The notes under the pieces were generated by a model, which ran no database searches, had not been told where the DNA came from, and worked only from the letters and a program-made list of their open reading frames with translations. The position numbers and the translations under genes were made by a program. This document shows positions 17,283 through 26,156 of a DNA stretch of 57,327 nt, one piece after another; the stretch's first letter is position 1; every line of letters starts with the position of its first letter. The stretch spans positions 1 to 57,327 of IMG/VR virus record IMGVR_UViG_3300002145_000154; one strand, written 5' to 3'. The stretch is from a virus. Taxonomy: Duplodnaviria; Caudoviricetes.

Positions 17283-17967
17283 TGAGGCTCCAACCATAGA
17301 TTCTTGTGTGAAGGTCTTGAAGTTCTTCATCGTTCAAGATGTAATCAGGTAATTCTACGTCTTCATATCTCCTATTAAAGTCCTCGGCTCTATTAACGGC
17401 TTCTGGGAAAGAGGAACCTGACGAAGTCTTCACAGAATCCTCATCCCCTGCCAATTTGAAACTTCTCAGAGCCGATTGAGGGATCCCGGTAACTATTCTG
17501 TCAGACGAGCATAATTGGGTGATAGAAACACCAAACTCCTGAAGAGGAGCGTAGACTACCGAGTTGTCTTCTAGCCACTCTTCGTAGATGATGGAAGTTT
17601 TTCGGTTGTTGATCACTATAGTAGCTCTATCCTTCCATCTTCTAACAAACTTTTCATCTGTGGGAAGGATACCATACCATTTCTTCGCCTTATCATGTCT
17701 TTCAATCATCTTAACTCTAGATGAGTAGACGTTATAGATACTCCGTATGATCTCTAGACCAAGAGAAGCGTTCTTTTCTTCGAACAGTAATAGATTCAAC
17801 CTGTTCGTCTCTGTTCCCCTGAATATTTGAGGTTCAGGTATCTTTAGATTCAAATCATTAAACAGATAACAGTCCCCGGGATATGACCTGGCTATCTGCT
17901 CACAGATCACATGTGCTCCACTCCTTCTAAGGAAAGACAGGGGAATAGTTTTCACCATTTGACACAC
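17275..17967 (-). CDS. sulfotransferase-like (PAPS-binding P-loop fold) protein
   Basis: N-terminal LRRSGAHVI resembles the 5'-PSB loop; IIRS..N..SSR resembles the 3'-PB motif; IIYEEW. Confidence 0.55.
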   Translation of the reverse strand: MCQMVKTIPLSFLRRSGAHVICEQIARSYPGDCYLFNDLNLKIPEPQIFRGTETNRLNLLLFEEKNASLGLEIIRSIYNVYSSRVKMIERHDKAKKWYGILPTDEKFVRRWKDRATIVINNRKTSIIYEEWLEDNSVVYAPLQEFGVSITQLCSSDRIVTGIPQSALRSFKLAGDEDSVKTSSGSSFPEAVNRAEDFNRRYEDVELPDYILNDEELQDLHTRIYGWSLNE

Positions 17968-17970
17968 CTT

Positions 17971-19083
17971 TCATAGATGAGGTATAGATATCCCTTCGTC
18001 TTGGAATAGTTCCTTGACCAGTAATTCGTTCGGGTCAATTCCTAACTGAAGATATGGATTTGGCATATCGTCCTGGAACAGTTCACCCATATGGAACAAC
18101 AACCCAGTTTCACCAAAGACTTTGTTGTGCTGATTTACGTACGTGAGTCCCTTCACAACACTTTCTTGAGTAAGCAGGGCTCTCCTGAACAGGGACCAGT
18201 CTACCTCAGGCCAATGTTCTCGAAAGTAAAGATAACGACTGGTTGCATCACCGCTTGAATGTCCTGGGTATTCTTTCGAATCGTTTGGATTGAACAATCG
18301 TTTGAATTGACACCACACAGACTCCCATTTAAAGACGTCCACTGAGATCCCTGAGTACTCTTCGGCTTTACGCCGATACCTCATGATATCATGTCTCACG
18401 AACTCTAAATCTTCTGGTGTGACCTGGTATCCAGAACCAGTAGCATATTGTTTCCCGAGAAGCTTGTCGTAGTGTCCTTTCAACATACAGTACCCATTCC
18501 AAATCGATTTCATGCTTCCGTCAGAGTTTGGGTTTCTTACAAGAACATTCGGGAAATCGATCTTCAAACCAAGAACATCGTACAGACATTGACAGGCAAT
18601 CCAACTCGTCATCCGACCAAACTTGAAGATTTCACAGACTGAATTGAACAGACTCTCAAAGTTTGTGTGGGGATCTTTGAAGGAAGTGAGTGCTTCAACT
18701 TTCTCTAGGAGAGAAGAATATCCATCGACCCACTTGATCAGAGAACACGTCTGAGCAGCAAAATGACCCTTGTTGTATCGTGCGTCTGTGCCGTACGAAG
18801 TGCGTTTCCAATTCTCAGTGTTCCATCTCTCAACGTCTTGTTCTGTGATCTCTTCGAAGTCTTGAAAGTGCCACCAATAAGCATATGCTTGAGGTGTTCG
18901 GTAGGTCATTCCGAACAAGAATCCAAACCAACATTTTTGTTCTCTGGTCATCTCACTGGTGAGCACACGACAATAGTGAGAATGATCCAAATCGTCAACT
19001 GTCATCCTCCATGTGTAGTATCGTAGGAACAATTCTTCTCTGTTCTTCAGAGACCGCCAATCACGAACTGGTTTGGGCATCAA
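17971..19083 (-). CDS. aGPT-Pplase clade 2 (amino acid:DNA transferase-like)
   Basis: W...LFGMTY, TDARYNKG.F, FGRMTSW, ESVWCQFK, YPG. Confidence 0.75.
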   Translation of the reverse strand: MMPKPVRDWRSLKNREELFLRYYTWRMTVDDLDHSHYCRVLTSEMTREQKCWFGFLFGMTYRTPQAYAYWWHFQDFEEITEQDVERWNTENWKRTSYGTDARYNKGHFAAQTCSLIKWVDGYSSLLEKVEALTSFKDPHTNFESLFNSVCEIFKFGRMTSWIACQCLYDVLGLKIDFPNVLVRNPNSDGSMKSIWNGYCMLKGHYDKLLGKQYATGSGYQVTPEDLEFVRHDIMRYRRKAEEYSGISVDVFKWESVWCQFKRLFNPNDSKEYPGHSSGDATSRYLYFREHWPEVDWSLFRRALLTQESVVKGLTYVNQHNKVFGETGLLFHMGELFQDDMPNPYLQLGIDPNELLVKELFQDEGISIPHL

Positions 19084-19621
19084 ATAGTCCTAGAATTTGG
19101 GCAACTGCTTTCCTATGATCGATGATGACCACTCTCCGGCCGATCTCAGTGATTACCCTGATACTTCTCTCCACATTTTTGAATTTAACGATCACATTTT
19201 TGGGGTCGAGTGGTTTGGTGTTTCCTCTAGCCAATCGACGACTCTCAACTCGCTTAATACACTTTTCCAAAGGAGTGTCCAAGAATGCGAACACCATTTC
19301 GTCCCCAAAGACTTCACTTGCTCTGCCAATGGTACCATAGGAAGAACTGACGAGAGCTCCCTCGAATAACACATGACCTTCCTGAGCATATGCAGCGATC
19401 CGAGGCCAAATCAGGGCATAAGGCTGAATACTGTCACACCCTCCGCATTTGGTCTTGTAGGCTCCTACAATGAAGAGAGGCTTGTCCAACCAAGGAACAC
19501 TTAACTTGTATCCATCAGGCTTCTTTTCTCCAGAAATTTCTTCTTTAGGATATCGTTCCAAGATCGTAGAAACGATCGTAGATTTTCCGCTTCCGTTAGT
19601 TCCTCTAAGAGAAATCAACAT
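19061..19621 (-). CDS. P-loop kinase, probable 5hmdU-DNA kinase
   Basis: LRGTNGSGKST, GAY..KCGGCDSI, LFEG, LDTPLEKC..RV..RR; lies between two aGPT-Pplases. Confidence 0.75.
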   Translation of the reverse strand: MLISLRGTNGSGKSTIVSTILERYPKEEISGEKKPDGYKLSVPWLDKPLFIVGAYKTKCGGCDSIQPYALIWPRIAAYAQEGHVLFEGALVSSSYGTIGRASEVFGDEMVFAFLDTPLEKCIKRVESRRLARGNTKPLDPKNVIVKFKNVERSIRVITEIGRRVVIIDHRKAVAQILGLFDAQTSS

Positions 19622-19622
19622 T

Positions 19623-20465
19623 TCAAACTCCTGCGAATCGTTGTTTCGGCCGACCTTCTCCGTTCAATGTCCGGAGGTACTTATCTGTTTCACAAAGACA
19701 ATTCTGAACATCGATAGCTTCTGGGAGTTGGAGCCAATTCCTTGAAGATCGAACTCGATCAATCAGCTTCGCAAGTTCCTTCTGAAATTCTCCCTTAGAT
19801 ATGGGAGCCCCTAATTTTCTCCCAAGAATTCTGTTCATGCCTCTCTTGGACCCTGGTCCCATCGGAGCCCATTCATCCTTGTCTGGCCACTCGACATCTA
19901 CTGTCCATCTGAGATCAGCAACGACTTGTCCTGCGATGAACGAACTGAATCCCGCATAGGGTAACAGATTCTCCCAAGTGGTTTTCATCGAAGAGCGATC
20001 GATGAGTTTGCTTCGATCAGCATGGATCGGTGTGACAACTTTGTGGACCACTTGTTCGATCTTAGTTCCTCCAAGAGTTCCAGTGATCATGTAAGCAGCT
20101 GCGAAGTTTTTCAATCCATTGACTACTCTCTTGTCCAGGATTTTCTGGACAGCTGCTGGACTCCACTTCTTTGGGAACCCAACGTCAGCAAGAGACTCTG
20201 TGTTGTTCAGTTGTCTCGCCAGTGTTACTGCTGTTGGCATGTTTGCATGGTCGAAGTTTGGCTGGTACCAGTTCTCTAACAACCATTGACTGACCCGATC
20301 ATTTATCCTCAGAACGTTACAGAACTTGAACTTCATAAGGATTTCGTCGTCTGTCCAGGGTTTCGAAACAGCATTCAGTCTCTTCAAATAGATCTCTTGA
20401 CGTTCTGAAACCCAATAGTCGAAAATTTCCAATGGGGTCAGTTTCTTGACTTCGGCGATCTTCAT
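19623..20465 (-). CDS. aGPT-Pplase clade 1 family DNA-modification protein
   Basis: ERQEIY.KR....PWTDDEIL..FKFCNV.R..DRVS.W, AAYMI, FIAGQVVADL, GPGS.RG, QNCLCETDKY.R. Confidence 0.85.
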   Translation of the reverse strand: MKIAEVKKLTPLEIFDYWVSERQEIYLKRLNAVSKPWTDDEILMKFKFCNVLRINDRVSQWLLENWYQPNFDHANMPTAVTLARQLNNTESLADVGFPKKWSPAAVQKILDKRVVNGLKNFAAAYMITGTLGGTKIEQVVHKVVTPIHADRSKLIDRSSMKTTWENLLPYAGFSSFIAGQVVADLRWTVDVEWPDKDEWAPMGPGSKRGMNRILGRKLGAPISKGEFQKELAKLIDRVRSSRNWLQLPEAIDVQNCLCETDKYLRTLNGEGRPKQRFAGV

Positions 20466-22648
20466 ACAGCACCTGTTGTTGTGAGGTATTTCAACTCTTT
20501 CATACTGATGCTGGTTCCCCAGTTATCAGGATGAATATCGATCCCGACTCTCAGAGGAATTCCAACATTTTGGCCCATGTCTTGCATGATCCGTTGTACC
20601 TCCAGAAGAACAGGTTCATAGTCACAGTCCAGTGGGAAATCAATAACAACTTCGTCGTGGACTTGCATGATCAGTTTCCAGTCATCTTCTAATGTCTCAA
20701 AGTATTCAGAGACCTTGACCATGGCTCTCCAGATAATCCACATGGCCGTTGACTGAATATGGTAGTTCAATGGGATTGTCGGCGAAATCGTGCCATATGG
20801 AGTCCTTGAACAGGCAACTGGATAGCCTTTCTCAGGGTCTACTTCCTTGTCTGGAATTGTCTCTACGATTCCATACGTGTTCGCCATTCTGATGTAGTGA
20901 TCGTTTAAGGCAGCGATTTTGGGCATCTTCTTCTTGAGCTCATTATAGGCTCCCGGAACCCGAAAGGTCGTGTCTGCTTTAGCTTCTTGGCAACCATACT
21001 GGATAGCGAAGCCACCGTTCTTGACCCATTGATAGTAGGTTGCTTTGTACTTGTCCTTGAAAGCTCCCTTAGTTTCGCTGAGAGGCCAGAACTTTTCGGG
21101 ATAGACGATACTAGCGTTGAGAAGGTGGTAAGAACCAAAGTAAGGAGCTTCGTCTGGTTTTTCAAACAGCTCAATCATCACTTGTTCTTGTGATTCGTAA
21201 GCTGGAATCCTGAGCTCCACGTTTTCATAATCCATAGAAGCCCAACAACGACCAGGAGTTGGGCCGAAAGCGTATCTCAGATTGAAGCCATCTTGTTTAG
21301 AGATATTTTGCTCGTTCGGGTTAGAAGAGCTTCCTCTGAGCGTGTTCGTACCAGTAGGATTCAAGGAAGGATGTAATCTGAAGAACTGTTCATGCTCTGT
21401 TGGAACCCAGAACTTTTGATAAGAGTCCATGTAGGAACAAGCAGTGTCTCTTTTTCTCTTATCCTTCAGTGCTCTAACGAAGAGAAGCTCTTTGCTCTTA
21501 GGAGGTAAGACCTCTTCATAGGCTGACATCGCTTCTTTGTCTAATGAGGGGTTTCCTGATTTGGTACGACTGACAATTGGAAGTGGAAGGACTGCTTTAG
21601 TCTTTTCTGAATCAAACAGGAAGTGGAGCAAAGAGTTGTTATTCCCAGATTTCGGGAGGACCAGATCGTAGTTCATCCTCTTGGCTATGCGAACACACCG
21701 ATCTCCTGATTTAACAGATTCCTCCTCGTACTGAGCAGTCAGTTCTGACAGATTAGATTGGTTGACAGTGACGCCCCACTCTTCCATCTGTGGAATCACT
21801 GGTAAGAGTCTGAGACGTTCGTTGTAGATGTCCCAGAGTTGTCTCTCTTCGATCTTTTCAGCAAGGTACCTCCACAACATTACTGTGGCAATAGAATCTG
21901 AATTGGCATAGTCGGAGCAGATCGTCTGATATGGATGTCTTGTTGGCAATCTCTCTGTTCGAGCTACTACTCTCGGAAGCCACATGTCCAGCTTCCAGAC
22001 TTTGGATTTGGCCGAAGGCATACATTCTAGATCAGATTTTGCGAGCACCCAATCCTTAAACAGATATTCCTCTTCATCTTCGATTGTTTTGGTACATCGT
22101 CGTCGAAGCTCCAAAACTACGTCTCGAATTTTGTCTTCGTAGGGTTGTAAGTTGGTTCCAAGATACCGGAGAACCATGCTTGTCAGATCATGCGGTTGAA
22201 CTGAATTAAGCATGTGATCAGCAAACAATGTGTCTACAGTTTTCAACCAATCCCATTCTAGTTCCATTCCATTATCTTGGAAAATGGCTTTCAACATAGA
22301 ATAGTCGAACTTCGTATTCTGTAGTACACAAAGTTCTGCCTGATTAATCTCTTCTTGGATCTCACAGAGGTCCGCTGGGTCAACGATTACACGGCGAGTT
22401 TTCGGATCAACGTCCCATTCCCACCAAGACACTGCACCATCTTGATCAGCAACAGTGACGAGGAACGGTCTAGCTCCGTGATGTAGGTCTACCCCAGTTG
22501 TTTCAGTGTCAATCGAGATCCATCTCTTCGCCGATAGACACAGGTTTCGGAGAACCTTTCCTGATCGGTGATTTGGCTTTGAGGGCAGCTTTCTTCTTGG
22601 AGAATGTTTTCTTTGTAGGACTTGGGTTCGGTGTTTTGGCTTCGGCAT
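20462..22648 (-). CDS. polA: family A DNA polymerase (3'-5' exonuclease + polymerase)
   Basis: IDTETTG, QNTKFD, R.SSSNPN.QNI, DYENVELR, K...FAIQYG, IQSTA, QVHDE; start uncertain. Confidence 0.93.
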   Translation of the reverse strand: MPKPKHRTQVLQRKHSPRRKLPSKPNHRSGKVLRNLCLSAKRWISIDTETTGVDLHHGARPFLVTVADQDGAVSWWEWDVDPKTRRVIVDPADLCEIQEEINQAELCVLQNTKFDYSMLKAIFQDNGMELEWDWLKTVDTLFADHMLNSVQPHDLTSMVLRYLGTNLQPYEDKIRDVVLELRRRCTKTIEDEEEYLFKDWVLAKSDLECMPSAKSKVWKLDMWLPRVVARTERLPTRHPYQTICSDYANSDSIATVMLWRYLAEKIEERQLWDIYNERLRLLPVIPQMEEWGVTVNQSNLSELTAQYEEESVKSGDRCVRIAKRMNYDLVLPKSGNNNSLLHFLFDSEKTKAVLPLPIVSRTKSGNPSLDKEAMSAYEEVLPPKSKELLFVRALKDKRKRDTACSYMDSYQKFWVPTEHEQFFRLHPSLNPTGTNTLRGSSSNPNEQNISKQDGFNLRYAFGPTPGRCWASMDYENVELRIPAYESQEQVMIELFEKPDEAPYFGSYHLLNASIVYPEKFWPLSETKGAFKDKYKATYYQWVKNGGFAIQYGCQEAKADTTFRVPGAYNELKKKMPKIAALNDHYIRMANTYGIVETIPDKEVDPEKGYPVACSRTPYGTISPTIPLNYHIQSTAMWIIWRAMVKVSEYFETLEDDWKLIMQVHDEVVIDFPLDCDYEPVLLEVQRIMQDMGQNVGIPLRVGIDIHPDNWGTSISMKELKYLTTTGAV

Positions 22649-22865
22649 GTTTGCTCGGACACTTACTGTTGTGGCAATTGTCGTAAATGAACCCTCTGTG
22701 AACCATTCCGCAATCTGGACAAGTCCAGACTCTCAATTCTTTTGACAATCCCTTTCCATTACAAGGAACACACCGACTTCCAGAGGATGCAACTCCGGTT
22801 CCACTACAGGCAATACAAGAAGAGACAGGTTTCTCTTCCTTTTTCTTACGAACTGGGGCAGGCAT
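22509..22865 (-). CDS. DnaJ-type Zn-finger protein with basic tail
   Basis: CIACSGTG / CVPCNGKG, CPDCG...CHNSKC, Lys-rich C-terminus. Confidence 0.65.
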   Translation of the reverse strand: MPAPVRKKKEEKPVSSCIACSGTGVASSGSRCVPCNGKGLSKELRVWTCPDCGMVHRGFIYDNCHNSKCPSKHAEAKTPNPSPTKKTFSKKKAALKAKSPIRKGSPKPVSIGEEMDLD

Positions 22866-22874
22866 ATTTCATTC

Positions 22875-23927
22875 CTAAATGAATACTGTCAAGTCTTTTG
22901 CAGCACGAGTGATTCCTGTGTAGAGCCATTTTGATTGGTTCCACCTGCCTGCCTGAGCGATAAGAGCAACTCTGTTCCACTCAGACCCTTGTGATGCGTG
23001 AACTGTGATCCCAAAAGCATAATCGACAGCTGCGACTTTGCCTCTCAGGCAACGGAGATTTTCCCAGACGAGAGATTTCGGATCAAGCAATCCTCTGGTC
23101 CAGAGCTTGAGATTTCTGGGACCGGTCTCTCCGGCGAATTTCACCACACAATCAGCTCTGTAATGTTCTACGGATAGAACCTTGAGAACATCCAGCAACT
23201 GTCCATTATACAGTCCAAGAGAAGGATCATTACACTTGATGATCAACCTGTCTCCAGGACAAATAGGTTGGTTGAACCCGAGAACTTCTCTGTGTACCTG
23301 ATTGATTTCAACTCTGGTTCGATTGTACCCACAGAGATAGATATCAGGTTCTATGTCTAGAGAAGCTAGACTAGAGAACGGAACAACTCTGCAACCGGGA
23401 GTCTCTGAGAGACGAAGCGGAATGCCTCTTCTTACTTGAGTTGCCAACCGAATGATTGGTGAGTCTTCAGCTTGTCTATGAATCTCTTCGAGAAGAATGT
23501 CTGGATTCTCCAAGAGATTTACTGAGCTGTCGTTCACCGGCTCTAATTGTCCTGGATCACCAACCGAGAGGATCGGGATTTCATAAGAGAGCAAATCTCT
23601 GTAGAGCAGTCTCCCAACCATTGAGCCTTCGTCAATAATGAAACAATCACACTCTGGATCATCTTTCAAGTAGAACTCACCGCTCTCAGAGTCCCATTGA
23701 TAGATAGATGAATGGATGGTCTGAGCAGTCACTCCCTTTTCTCTGAGAACAGCTGCTGCTTTTCCGGTGAAGGTGACGACACGAGAGTTTTTGGTCTGTC
23801 TCACAACGTCCTTGATTACTGTTGTCTTGCCTGTACCTGCATAGCCAGCAACCGTTGCCGAGTCTCCCTTGTTTAGTGCTGTCACGGAGAAGTCAATGGC
23901 TTCTCGTTGCTCCGTTGTGTATTCCAT
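22875..23927 (-). CDS. SF1B (Dda/RecD-like) DNA helicase
   Basis: GYAGTGKT, FTGKAA, TIHS, IIDEGSM, GDPGQL, HRQA, TVHASQGSEW, YTGITRA. Confidence 0.9.
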   Translation of the reverse strand: MEYTTEQREAIDFSVTALNKGDSATVAGYAGTGKTTVIKDVVRQTKNSRVVTFTGKAAAVLREKGVTAQTIHSSIYQWDSESGEFYLKDDPECDCFIIDEGSMVGRLLYRDLLSYEIPILSVGDPGQLEPVNDSSVNLLENPDILLEEIHRQAEDSPIIRLATQVRRGIPLRLSETPGCRVVPFSSLASLDIEPDIYLCGYNRTRVEINQVHREVLGFNQPICPGDRLIIKCNDPSLGLYNGQLLDVLKVLSVEHYRADCVVKFAGETGPRNLKLWTRGLLDPKSLVWENLRCLRGKVAAVDYAFGITVHASQGSEWNRVALIAQAGRWNQSKWLYTGITRAAKDLTVFI

Positions 23928-23929
23928 GA

Positions 23930-24180
23930 TTTCCTGACCAAAGGTCTGTTCTCGAACTGTGTTAGCTGTTTCGCGAATGAAGCGAACACTTATTTCATGG
24001 CTGCTACCGATCCATCAAAAGAACCAGACACTGGATTCCCCTAACAAGACCTCCTCCCCTGAAATCTTGTTTTCCAGTGTCTGGTCTAGTGACCACAGCG
24101 ATCATCCTTGTAGCCTCGTCATGAGACCCGCTTCCCTGCCTGTTAGTCACACTCCTGTCACCATCTTGGTGTCTCTATCT
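23930..24180 (-). ncRNA. candidate structured non-coding RNA or long-stem terminator
   Basis: 13-bp perfect inverted repeat (24023-24035 / 24073-24085) enclosing a 7-bp inverted repeat; further stems; T run follows on the minus strand. Confidence 0.4.
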
Positions 24181-25251
24181 TTACTCAGGTTCGATTTCAG
24201 ACCAAGGAACTGAAACGTAGACCTTCCCTCCGACCTTTGCCTTGAGACTGACCTTCTGGCTCTTGGCAAGCACTTTCGTCACTGAGCACTCCACAGCTTT
24301 CTTGGATTTCGGTGGCATGTAGAGATAGACTTCCCCAACTTCTGGTGACCACTCCTCTTCCTCTGTTGCTTCCTCTTCTGTTACTCCTCTGAGAGCTGAT
24401 GCAACCTCGGTCCAGGTCTCGACAGTATCGGTGTCGAACTCAGCCTCTTCAGCCAGTTCTGTCAGACGAACTTGGGCATCTTCGTCACCATCATCAGCAG
24501 CAGCACCTAGAGCTTGGAGATCTTCTTCTTCTCCTTCTTCCTCTGTTACTTCTTCTTCTTCTCCTTCTTCCTCTGTTGCTTCTTCCTCTGTTACTTCTTC
24601 CTCTTCTTCCTCGGGTTCAGGTTTTGGTTTTGGTGAGGTCTTCTTTTTTCCTTTCGGAACTTCCTCTACGACATCATCCTCTTCCACGTCGTCTGAGTCT
24701 TCAGGGTCATGATCAACAGCTCCATTCCATTCGTGGTTGATTGATCCCTGCCGAGTTGCCCCTGCGGCGTCCGTGTACTCTCCCCCACCCCAGGTTCGGA
24801 AACGGAATGTCGGAGCTTCACCGACCAAAACTTCACAAACTTCCTCCAGCTCTGATCCATCGATCTCTGAGGTGTCAAGACCCAACAGCCGGAGCTGGTT
24901 GAGGACCCAAGCATAGTGATCATCGAACGTCGCACGTTTTCGCTCTGGTGTGTCACAGAGAGGTTCTGGACCGATTTGAGTGTTGAGTCCTTCGATCTGA
25001 ATTCCGTCGTGTTTCTTTGGCTCAAGGACGGTTCCTTGCGCCATAAAGAAAACTTCGCCTTGCATTTTTCCAGTCTTGTAGGTGCCGAACTGAATAGATT
25101 TCAGTCGGGCAATACCCAGCTCAATTCCCGAAGGAAGACCTGCTCCTGCGGAGACGGCTGTTACGTCATCCTTATGAGCCTCGTGAGCCTTTGCTAAACG
25201 GCTGCCGAGTTTTGCCGCCAACACACCACCACTTGACTTTTGCTTCGCCAT
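24181..25251 (-). CDS. probable ssDNA-binding protein with long acidic linker and C-terminal SH3-like domain
   Basis: Beta-rich N-terminal domain, Glu-rich repeats, WSPEVGEVY..KVSLK tail; adjacent to the Sak4-like ATPase and nuclease. Confidence 0.55.
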   Translation of the reverse strand: MAKQKSSGGVLAAKLGSRLAKAHEAHKDDVTAVSAGAGLPSGIELGIARLKSIQFGTYKTGKMQGEVFFMAQGTVLEPKKHDGIQIEGLNTQIGPEPLCDTPERKRATFDDHYAWVLNQLRLLGLDTSEIDGSELEEVCEVLVGEAPTFRFRTWGGGEYTDAAGATRQGSINHEWNGAVDHDPEDSDDVEEDDVVEEVPKGKKKTSPKPKPEPEEEEEEVTEEEATEEEGEEEEVTEEEGEEEDLQALGAAADDGDEDAQVRLTELAEEAEFDTDTVETWTEVASALRGVTEEEATEEEEWSPEVGEVYLYMPPKSKKAVECSVTKVLAKSQKVSLKAKVGGKVYVSVPWSEIEPE

Positions 25252-25295
25252 GTTCTAATCCACCTTGTCAGAAGAAAGAAAGAAAGACAGAGATT

Positions 25296-26156
25296 TCAAC
25301 CAGAGTGGTTGATGATCTCCATGAGTTTATCATAGTCCGGATCAACGATCAGTTCTGGCAGTTCTGTTCCTTTTGGCATCCGGAACTTTGTTGTGTAGAT
25401 ATCGTCTGGTCCTGTCCTTAGACAGAACTCGACTGAACCAGAACGCGACGTCTTGATCTTCGTTTTGCCAGCAATCTTCACCTCCTTTTCTACCATTTCA
25501 GCTCGTTTGAATGTTTGACATATGTAGTCACAGGCTGGATTCAACCATCCGGCCAACGACGGAGTCAGAGCAGCTCCTACATACGGAAGAAGAAGATCAG
25601 CAGTATCTCCGTCTGGAACACTTTCACGCTCTTGAGCAACGATCACAACGTTACATGATAGATTCAAGAGCATCCTGAACAACTCTTTGCACTGCGCAGT
25701 GCACTGCCCATACTGCTGTTGTGAGGCCAAACCCCAAGACTTCTGGACAGGGATCTCATCGACTCCAAGGATCTCCCCCAGGACCTTGTCCTGAAGACCA
25801 GTACTGTGGTCGAGCACTACTGTAGCAAATCGACCTGTCTCAGCTTGTTGCTCACAGAGGTCTTTGATCTCCAGAGAGTTGTCGATGTTGATCGTCTTGA
25901 TCTTTTTGCGGAGAGCCGGTGTGTTGACAGACCGAAGCTCTCCAGGATTTCGCCCTCCTGAAGCAATGATAGCGAGAATCGGACCCGGAAACGAGGACCA
26001 GAAAGTTGTCTTTCCAGAGGCACTTCTCCCATACAAGAGCATTTTCAATCCTTCGTCCTCGAAGGATATGTCACTGATTCGATCCCAAGCAGAGCCTGAG
26101 GATGCTTTCTTTTTGGTTGCTTTCTTCTTGGGGGACTGGCGGGTCACGACTGGCAA
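25296..26156 (-). CDS. Sak4-like (AAA_24) recombination ATPase
   Basis: LLYGRSASGKTT, TVVLDH, VVIVAQE, KFR...P..IVDPDY. Confidence 0.8.
   Translation of the reverse strand: MPVVTRQSPKKKATKKKASSGSAWDRISDISFEDEGLKMLLYGRSASGKTTFWSSFPGPILAIIASGGRNPGELRSVNTPALRKKIKTINIDNSLEIKDLCEQQAETGRFATVVLDHSTGLQDKVLGEILGVDEIPVQKSWGLASQQQYGQCTAQCKELFRMLLNLSCNVVIVAQERESVPDGDTADLLLPYVGAALTPSLAGWLNPACDYICQTFKRAEMVEKEVKIAGKTKIKTSRSGSVEFCLRTGPDDIYTTKFRMPKGTELPELIVDPDYDKLMEIINHSG

Noticed and set aside
24399-24740. Poly-Leu and poly-Ser plus-strand ORFs
   Set aside because: Reverse-complement artefacts of the Glu-rich repeat.
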